A DNA stretch of 32,846 bases from an uncultured Gammaproteobacteria bacterium. Its GTDB lineage: Bacteria > Patescibacteriota > Microgenomatia > UBA12405 > JAHJSD01. Where the stretch lies: the NCBI GenBank assembly GCA_964432015.1, contig CAYSLZ010000001.1, positions 2,088-34,933 on the forward strand, in the 5' to 3' direction. The notes under the pieces are model-generated. The model was not told the origin of the DNA. It did no database searches and saw only the letters and a list, made by a program, of their open reading frames with translations. This document shows, one piece after another, positions 1 through 6,071 of the stretch (positions are counted from its first letter, which is position 1; each line of letters starts with the position of its first letter). The position numbers and the translations under genes are program-made.

Positions 1-4
1 TAAG

Positions 5-1777
5 ATGACCAGAGAAGAATTAATTGACAAATTCAGAAATTTTTTTGAGGAGCGGGGGCATGCCTGGATACCTTCAGCACCTTTGATTCCGGAGGGTGAT
101 ACTTCAACTTTATTTATTTCAGCCGGTATACATCCGCTGGTCCCTTATTTTATTGGTGAAAAACATTCGATGGGGAATCGTTTAGCTGATGTACAGGAAT
201 GTCTGCGTACCGGAGATATTGATGAAGTCGGAGATACTTATCACCATACTTGGTTTGAGATGCTCGGTAACTGGTCGTTAGGCGATTACTTTAAAGAAGA
301 ATCAATCCGGTGGAGCTGGGAATTTTTAACCGAGGAGTTAAATTTTGACCCTGACCGGTTAGCGGCAACTATTTTTAAGGGAGATGAAAATGTTCCTTTT
401 GATAAAGAGTCAAAAAAGGTTTGGCTGTCAGTTGGTTTAACTGAGGAGCGTATTTTTCCGCTGGGTAAAAAAGACAACTGGTGGGAGGTTGGAGAAATTG
501 GTCCGGGCGGGCCGGATACGGAGATATTTTATGATACCGGTAAAGAATCCTGCGGCAAGGGTTGTCAGCCGGGGTGTGACTGCGGAAAATGGATAGAAAT
601 TTGGAACAATGTTTTTCCAGAATATAATAGGCAAAAGGACGGTAGTTATCAAAAACTGTCTCAGCAGAATGTGGATACCGGTATGGGATTGGCAAGAATG
701 ATTGCCGTTATTGAAGGCCATTTTGATGATTATCAAATTGGGCCGTTGGCTGAATTGATTAAGGAAGTAGAAAAAGTTAGCGGTAAAAAGTATGGGGAAA
801 ATATGGAAGCGACTAAGTATATGCGGATTATCGTCGATCACTTAAGGGCGGCAGTTTTTGTTCTCGGTGAGGAGATTCAACCGGGTAATAAAAAGCAGGG
901 TTATGTATTGCGGCGATTAATTCGCCGGTCAGTCCGATTTGGACAACTGCTTGGTATTGAACAGGAGTTTGGTGAAAAGATTGCCGAAGAAGTTATTGAT
1001 ATTTACAGAGATGACTACCGTAAATTAATAACACATCGTGACTTTATTTTGGAAAATTTGGTCAAGGAAGAAAAAAAGTTTTTCCGTGTTTTGGACCGGG
1101 GTTTAAAAAAGCTTAAAGAGGAATTAGAAAATGTTGATCAAGGAGGACAGTTGAGCGGAGAAACCGCTTTTGACCTTTATCAAAGCTATGGTTTTCCTGT
1201 AGAGATTACTATTGAAGAAGTTGAACGGGTCCGGCCGGATATTGAAGTTGATGCCGAGGGGTTTAAGAAGGCGATGAAAAAACATCGGGAGAAGTCACGC
1301 AAGGCTGCCAAAGGAATGTTTAAAGGCGGGTTGGCTGAACAAAAAGAAGAAACGATTCAACTACATACAGCAACACATTTACTTCATCAGGCCTTACGCC
1401 GAGTTTTGGGTGATCATGTTTATCAGGCCGGGTCAGCGATAACGACTGAAAAACTACGTTTTGATTTTCCTCATTCGGAAGGTTTAACCGACAAAGAAAT
1501 TAAACAGGTTGAGAATTTAGTCAACGAAAAAATTAAGGAGGATTTGCCGGTTAAGCAAAAAACAATGAGTTTAAAGGAGGCAAAAGAGAGCGGGGCGGGA
1601 ATTATTCCCGGGAAGAATTATCCGGAGGAAGTTAAGGTTTATGAAATTGGAGATTACTCGCGGGAAGTTTGTGGTGGGCCGCATGTTAAACGGACTGGGG
1701 AAATAGGTGAATTTAGAATTATTAAAGAAGAGTCTTCCGGTGCCGGCAAACGCCGCATCTACGCAAAATTAATTTAG
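5..1777 (+). CDS. alaS: Alanine--tRNA ligase, compact form ending right after the editing domain (no C-Ala domain)
   Basis: 590-aa ORF with a class II AlaRS core (FISAGIHP, WFEMLGNWSLGDYFK, IEIWNNVF). It has the editing-domain HxxxH (HTATHLLHQA) and CGGPHV. It ends ...GEFRIIKEESSGAGKRRIYAKLI, where canonical enzymes continue into the C-terminal domain. Confidence 0.93.
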   Translation: MTREELIDKFRNFFEERGHAWIPSAPLIPEGDTSTLFISAGIHPLVPYFIGEKHSMGNRLADVQECLRTGDIDEVGDTYHHTWFEMLGNWSLGDYFKEESIRWSWEFLTEELNFDPDRLAATIFKGDENVPFDKESKKVWLSVGLTEERIFPLGKKDNWWEVGEIGPGGPDTEIFYDTGKESCGKGCQPGCDCGKWIEIWNNVFPEYNRQKDGSYQKLSQQNVDTGMGLARMIAVIEGHFDDYQIGPLAELIKEVEKVSGKKYGENMEATKYMRIIVDHLRAAVFVLGEEIQPGNKKQGYVLRRLIRRSVRFGQLLGIEQEFGEKIAEEVIDIYRDDYRKLITHRDFILENLVKEEKKFFRVLDRGLKKLKEELENVDQGGQLSGETAFDLYQSYGFPVEITIEEVERVRPDIEVDAEGFKKAMKKHREKSRKAAKGMFKGGLAEQKEETIQLHTATHLLHQALRRVLGDHVYQAGSAITTEKLRFDFPHSEGLTDKEIKQVENLVNEKIKEDLPVKQKTMSLKEAKESGAGIIPGKNYPEEVKVYEIGDYSREVCGGPHVKRTGEIGEFRIIKEESSGAGKRRIYAKLI

Positions 1778-1912
1778 TTTCAATGATTATGTTTCTATGC
1801 ATACCGCTCACCTATCAAGTTCGCTAGACTCTCGCTTCACAAAAAATATTTTGAGACTTTAATGGCATAGTAGCTCGCTCGAGACTCTATCCAGAAACAT
1901 AAATCATTGAAG
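1778..1912. repeat. 135-nt element bounded by 18/19-nt terminal inverted repeats (MITE-like element or structured RNA)
   Basis: TTCAATGATT-ATGTTTCT (1779-1796) is the reverse complement of AGAAACATAAATCATTGAA (1893-1911) with a one-nt bulge. The interior carries three direct (G/T)AGACT(C/T)T copies at about 1826, 1852 and 1881. Confidence 0.5.
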
Positions 1913-1942
1913 TAACTAATCGCGCCATTTTGTTTAAAAATT

Positions 1943-1970
1943 AGAAATTAAGAATTGAAAATTAATTTAT
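1943..1970 (+). repeat. Phased A/T-rich heptamer array (AGAAATT AAGAATT GAAAATT AATTTAT) upstream of the membrane-protein gene
   Basis: Read directly as four consecutive 7-nt units. No GGAGG lies between it and the ATG at 1985. Confidence 0.6.
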
Positions 1971-1984
1971 GTTATATTTTATGT

Positions 1985-4060
1985 ATGAACAAAGAACGTG
2001 AAAATAAGTGGTTGATTTTGATTGAGGAAAAAGAAGTAGCGGTGTCATTATTGACTGCTGAGGGTAAGCTGTTGGTCAGCCAGGAAAAAGGGTGGGACGG
2101 TGAAGACCCGAACAGTTTGGTTGCTGGTTTGGATTCTGGTATTGGTGATTGTTTAGCTAAGGAAGAAGGAATCGGCCGGCCGTCTCAGTCTATTTTTATT
2201 CTGCCGCCGTTTTGGGTTAGTCACCGAAGCCAAGTTTTACCAACTCGAAAAAAAATACTTGAACATGTTTGTAAACAATTAAATTTAACTCCTGAAGGTT
2301 TTTTAGTCGGAGAAGAGGTATTAGCCAATTTTTATGATAATTTTACCGGTGTTTATTTTGGTAGTGAATATTTACGGTTTTCCGTTATTAAAGATAAAAC
2401 TGTTGAGGTTCAGGAGGAATTACAAAATGGTGAGGATATTGACCCAGAGGATGTATCGGTATTTCTACGTCAATTAAATGGTAAAGCAATTGTTCCTCAA
2501 CAGATTATTTTCTGGGGTAAAATCAAAGAGGGCAATAAGGATAGACTTCTTACTTATGATTGGCAGGAAGAAAAGCTTTTTGACCGCAGTCCAAAAATAA
2601 AAATTGTTCTTTGGGAAGAGTTTTTTCAATTGGTTGGTCAAGTTGTCCAGGGGGAGATTGAGTTGGAGGTTGTTGAGGATAAAGTTGAGTCTAGGGAACC
2701 AAAGCCGGAAATTAAAGCGGAAAAAACAGAGGGTCAAACTTTTGGGTTTAGTAATCAGGATGTTGCTGAAGAAGAAGATTTCCAGTTTCAACCGCAGGCT
2801 AACCTAAAACCTGAGCCAAAGCCGGAAGAAGAACAAAAAACCCCCCGGCCTAAAATAAATTTAAAAGAGAAATTATCAAAGATTAAATTGCCCAGTTTAA
2901 ATTTTTCTTTTCGTTCCGGTAAGAAAAGATTAAAGTTTTTGGTTATACCGTTTGTTTTATTAGGAGGATTATTTTTATCGTGGCAGTTTTCTAAAGCAGT
3001 GATAAATATCTATGTAACTCCGGAAGAGCTGTCAGAAGAATTGGAAGTTAGGTTATCTAAAGAAGCTAAAGCTCTGGATATTGACCAGGGGATAATTCCG
3101 GTTGATGAGGTGTCAGTCGAAAAAACGGGTTCAAAGAGCCGGGCAGCAACCGGTGAAAAATTGATTGGTGAAAAAGCAAAAGGTGAAGTAACTATTTTTA
3201 ATCGTACTTCCGAAAAAACTACTTTTGAAAGCGGGACAAGCTTGTACGGGCCGGGAAATTTAGAATTTGTTTTAGATAGTCAGGTTTCTGTTGCTTCCAA
3301 AACAGCCGACTTGGCAACCGGAGTAGATCGTTGGGGCGAAACAACAACTTCTATAACAGCCGCTGATATCGGGTCGGAATATAATTTGGCAGAGGAGAGT
3401 CTTTTTACAATTAGTGATTATCCTGAAGATGATTATTTAGGTCGAAATTCGGAGTCGCTTTCCGGAGGGACGAGCAGAAAGATTAGAGCCGTTTCAGATG
3501 AAGACAGAGAAAATTTAAAGGAGAGTTTAACTGAGGATTTGATATCGCAGGCAGAGGAGGAATTAAAATCAAAATTATCCGACAGTCAGATTATTGAAGG
3601 CGGTTTTTCTACCAGTATAGTTTCTGAAGAATTTTCAGCTGAAGTTGACGATGAAGTAGATGAACTGAAGCTGGATTTAACTGTTCAGGTAACGGCGGCT
3701 AAAATAAGCCAGGAAAGGTTGATTAAAATAGCCCAGCAGGTATTAGGCGAGAAGATTGAATCCGGTGATGAATTAAGGGAGGGAAGTTTGCGGGCGCGTT
3801 TAGATATTGATGAGGCTGTTGATAATCAAGATTCAATTTCCGGTCTTTTGATTTTAAAAGGCCGGGTTTATCCTAAAATCGTTAGTCAAGAGCTGAGCCA
3901 GAAATTGGTCAAAAGCAAAGAAAATAGAGCCAAAGAAACAATCCGCCAGTCTTATTCAAGGATATATCGTTATGAGATAGATTATCAGTTTCCCTGGTTA
4001 AAATATTTTTCTTACTTGCCACCGAAGCCAGAAAATATTATCATTGAAGTGAGGGAATAA
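1985..4060 (+). CDS. Hypothetical bitopic membrane protein: cytoplasmic N-domain, P/E/K-rich linker, one TM helix, large ectodomain that may be baseplate-J/gp47-like
   Basis: Long ORF. I moved the start from the TTG at 1955 to the first ATG (MNKERENKWL...). The TM helix is LKFLVIPFVLLGGLFLSWQF, preceded by RSGKKR (N-in). The ectodomain segment ATGEKLIGEKAKGEVTIFNRTSEKTTFESGTSL...ITAADIGSEYN resembles, from memory, the baseplate J/gp47-family pattern. I cannot verify this without a profile search. Confidence 0.75.
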   Translation: MNKERENKWLILIEEKEVAVSLLTAEGKLLVSQEKGWDGEDPNSLVAGLDSGIGDCLAKEEGIGRPSQSIFILPPFWVSHRSQVLPTRKKILEHVCKQLNLTPEGFLVGEEVLANFYDNFTGVYFGSEYLRFSVIKDKTVEVQEELQNGEDIDPEDVSVFLRQLNGKAIVPQQIIFWGKIKEGNKDRLLTYDWQEEKLFDRSPKIKIVLWEEFFQLVGQVVQGEIELEVVEDKVESREPKPEIKAEKTEGQTFGFSNQDVAEEEDFQFQPQANLKPEPKPEEEQKTPRPKINLKEKLSKIKLPSLNFSFRSGKKRLKFLVIPFVLLGGLFLSWQFSKAVINIYVTPEELSEELEVRLSKEAKALDIDQGIIPVDEVSVEKTGSKSRAATGEKLIGEKAKGEVTIFNRTSEKTTFESGTSLYGPGNLEFVLDSQVSVASKTADLATGVDRWGETTTSITAADIGSEYNLAEESLFTISDYPEDDYLGRNSESLSGGTSRKIRAVSDEDRENLKESLTEDLISQAEEELKSKLSDSQIIEGGFSTSIVSEEFSAEVDDEVDELKLDLTVQVTAAKISQERLIKIAQQVLGEKIESGDELREGSLRARLDIDEAVDNQDSISGLLILKGRVYPKIVSQELSQKLVKSKENRAKETIRQSYSRIYRYEIDYQFPWLKYFSYLPPKPENIIIEVRE

Positions 4061-4063
4061 TTT

Positions 4064-4783
4064 ATGCCGTTATATTGTTATCAGAAATCAAAACCAAAAA
4101 GGAAAAAAATAAATCGGCGGGAGAAAAAGGCGTTGTCTTTGGTTTTCTCAATTTTTGGATTAGTTTTAGTCGGCAATGCCGTAATTCCCTTATTAAGTTA
4201 TCAGTTTCAGTCTAATCAATTTGGTCAAAAAACGTTGAGCCCAGTGGTTAGGCATCGATCTCAAACTTTGGGAAGCATTGCCGCTTCAGCTCAAGATGAT
4301 AGTAAGGATTATACCTTGGTAACTTCCTGGTTTGATGAACCGGTTAATCTTGACCATAATGATAATCCTCAAATAACTGATTACCGTATTTCAATTCCAA
4401 AATTGAATATTGAGGGGGCATGGGTTCAAATTGGCGGGGAAGATTTAAAGAAAAAATTGATTCATTATCCTGATACTGCCATGCCCGGACAAATGGGCAA
4501 CGGGGTTATTTTTGGCCATTCTGTTTTACCGCAGTTTTTTAATCCTAAAAATTATCTGACCATTTTTTCTACATTACATACTTTAAAATCCGGTGATAAA
4601 ATTATAATTCATTACGATGGAATCAAGTACGAATATTTGGTTGAAAAGATGTTTGAAGTCCAGCCAAGTGATGTTTCTGTTCTTGAACAAAGATATGACG
4701 GTCGTTATTTTACCCTTATTACCTGTTCACCGCCGGGGACTTACTTAAGAAGATTAGTAGTTAAAGCTCGTTTGGTTGATTAA
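4064..4783 (+). CDS. Sortase-family transpeptidase (membrane anchored)
   Basis: N-terminal TM helix (ALSLVFSIFGLVLVGNAVIPLL). Catalytic His lies in VIFGHSV, the TLxTC-type Cys in FTLITCSPPG, and a conserved Arg in LRRLVVKA. It starts 3 nt after the upstream stop. Confidence 0.85.
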   Translation: MPLYCYQKSKPKRKKINRREKKALSLVFSIFGLVLVGNAVIPLLSYQFQSNQFGQKTLSPVVRHRSQTLGSIAASAQDDSKDYTLVTSWFDEPVNLDHNDNPQITDYRISIPKLNIEGAWVQIGGEDLKKKLIHYPDTAMPGQMGNGVIFGHSVLPQFFNPKNYLTIFSTLHTLKSGDKIIIHYDGIKYEYLVEKMFEVQPSDVSVLEQRYDGRYFTLITCSPPGTYLRRLVVKARLVD

Positions 4784-4819
4784 ACTAAACGTGTTAAAAT
4801 CGGTAAAGGAGGTGGCCTG

Positions 4820-5020
4820 ATGTTTAAAAATATAATTGCTCCAATTCAAGCTTGGTTATTATCGCAGGGAAGATGTGTCGGTTGTGGTACGCCCTTGGAT
4901 AAAGGTAAAAGAGAAAAAAGAGAAGACGGCACTGAAAAAGTAACTTGCCAATGCGGTCGTATATTTATTTATGACCCGAAAAAAGATAGTTACCGAAGAG
5001 CCTTGTTTGAAGAGGTATAA
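4820..5020 (+). CDS. Small zinc-ribbon protein, 66 aa, unknown function
   Basis: CxxC (CVGC) plus CxC (CQC) about 20 aa apart. A strong SD (AAGGAGGTG, 4806-4814) lies 5 nt before the ATG. I recognise no family. Confidence 0.65.
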   Translation: MFKNIIAPIQAWLLSQGRCVGCGTPLDKGKREKREDGTEKVTCQCGRIFIYDPKKDSYRRALFEEV

Positions 5021-5026
5021 TATTGG

Positions 5027-5052
5027 GAATTTGAGAATTTAGGAATTTAGAA
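5027..5052 (+). repeat. Tandem octamer array GAATTTGA GAATTTAG GAATTTAG ending 2 nt before the mltG ATG
   Basis: Read directly as three consecutive 8-nt units. There is no GGAGG. Confidence 0.65.
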
Positions 5053-5991
5053 ATGAAGAGAGTCTTCGTTGTTTTATTTTCACTACTGGTTTTATTGGGG
5101 GGAGCCTATTTTTTTTATTTTGCTAATTTACAGCCGGTTGGCGGTAAAGAAGAAAAAGAATTTGTTGTTAACCGTGGAGAATCAACAAAATTAATTGCCC
5201 AGCGGTTGGCAAAACAGGGTTTAATTAAAAATGAATATGCTTTTTTGGCCTATCTTAAATTAACCGGTCAGGTTGGTAAACTGCAGGCTGGTAGTTTTAA
5301 GCTGTCGACAAGTCAATCTGTTCCCGATTTAGTTCAAGAACTGCGCCAAGGCCGGGTAGATGAATGGGTAACTTTTGCTGAGGGTCAGCGCCGTGAACAA
5401 TATGCTCAGCTGCTTAATGAAAAACTTGGTTTATCAGCTGATGAGTTTCTGAAGTTAACCCGGGGTAAAGAAGGCCGTTTATTTCCTGATTCATATTTAA
5501 TGCCTAATGATATTTTGGTCCCACAGGTAGTTAAAAAATTAACTGATAATTTTCAAGATAAGTGGGAAACCATCGATAACAAGACAAATTTAACACAAAA
5601 CCAGATTTTAATTTTGGCATCGTTAGTTGAGAGGGAAGTTAAAGTTGACGAAGACAGGCGGATTGTTGCCGGAATATTAGTTAAACGGTTGAATAATGAC
5701 TGGCCATTACAGGTAGATGCTACCGTTCAATACGCAAAAGGTAATCAACAGGCTTGGTGGCCAAAAGTTACCGGCAGTGATTTAAAAAATATTGACTCAC
5801 CGTATAATACATACTTATATAAAGGTTTAACGCCGGCACCAATTTGTAATCCTTCACTTAGTTCGATTAAAGCGGTAGTCGATTATAAGACGAGTGATTA
5901 CTGGTATTATATATCTGACCAAAAAGGTGAAATTCACTACGCTGAAACAGTTGAGGAGCATAATGCTAATATTCGCCGATATCTTGAATAA
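5053..5991 (+). CDS. mltG: Endolytic murein transglycosylase MltG (YceG-like)
   Basis: N-terminal TM helix, a LysM-like region, and YceG motifs LASLVEREV..., WPLQVDATVQYA and SPYNTYLYKGLTPAPICNPS. Confidence 0.88.
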   Translation: MKRVFVVLFSLLVLLGGAYFFYFANLQPVGGKEEKEFVVNRGESTKLIAQRLAKQGLIKNEYAFLAYLKLTGQVGKLQAGSFKLSTSQSVPDLVQELRQGRVDEWVTFAEGQRREQYAQLLNEKLGLSADEFLKLTRGKEGRLFPDSYLMPNDILVPQVVKKLTDNFQDKWETIDNKTNLTQNQILILASLVEREVKVDEDRRIVAGILVKRLNNDWPLQVDATVQYAKGNQQAWWPKVTGSDLKNIDSPYNTYLYKGLTPAPICNPSLSSIKAVVDYKTSDYWYYISDQKGEIHYAETVEEHNANIRRYLE

Positions 5992-6011
5992 GGAAATTAT
6001 TATGTTATAAT
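5984..6011 (+). promoter_or_regulatory. Putative sigma-70-type promoter with extended -10 (TTGAAT-16 nt-TGtTATAAT) upstream of rpoB
   Basis: TTGAAT is at 5984-5989, TG at 6003-6004 and TATAAT at 6006-6011. The TGTTA(T/A)AAT word recurs upstream of rpsL, fusA and tuf. Confidence 0.5.
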
Positions 6012-6029
6012 AGGCCCACGGTTGAAATA

Positions 6030-6055
6030 ACGGACGAGGGTCCGTGTCTTTTTTT
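6030..6055 (+). terminator. Hairpin ACGGAC-GAGG-GTCCGT followed by a run of 7 T: intrinsic terminator for mltG and/or attenuator in the rpoB leader
   Basis: 6-bp GC-rich stem at 6030-6045 and T-run at 6049-6055. It lies downstream of the predicted promoter and 17 nt upstream of the rpoB ATG. Confidence 0.5.
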
Positions 6056-6071
6056 GGTCTGGGCAATTTAT

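Noticed and set aside
286-841. Minus-strand ORFs occur here (286-477, 375-695, 437-841) and at 2474-2791, 5854-6108, 9343-9585, 9732-10124, 9911-10108, 16730-16936, 17328-17525 and 18322-18733. Others are at 19638-19841, 20187-20375, 20579-21090, 22491-22790, 25256-25698, 28160-28630, 30612-30845 and 32420-32602.
   Set aside because: All lie antisense to strongly conserved + strand genes. Their products are low-complexity or biased mirror-frame sequences, and they have no SD or promoter context.
1955-1984. The ORF track gives N-terminal extensions at 1955, 6054, 9241, 13579, 23930, 27486, 30601, 31579 and 32311.
   Set aside because: Each extension begins at a TTG, GTG or upstream codon inside the preceding gene or spacer. 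In every case the conserved protein N-terminus begins at a downstream ATG (GTG for rpsG), usually with an SD or a stop-start overlap.
1797-1984. I looked for a tRNA or other known small RNA in the alaS-downstream gap.
   Set aside because: There is no GTTCRANYC-type T-loop, no acceptor or anticodon arm arrangement, and no match to any RNA I recognise. Only the inverted-repeat structure is reported.
2604-2807. Same-strand alternative-frame ORFs occur at 2604-2807, 14434-14634, 17010-17291, 20532-20801 and 28707-28892.
   Set aside because: Each is embedded in the reading frame of a conserved gene (the membrane protein, fusA, tuf, rpsS or map). Their translations are unremarkable and basic-rich.
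2695-2830. There is an internal nucleotide repeat, (A/G)CCAAAGCCGGAA (EPKPE), at 2698 and 2816 in the membrane-protein linker.
   Set aside because: It is a short duplication within a low-complexity Pro/Glu/Lys linker. It is not a separate element.
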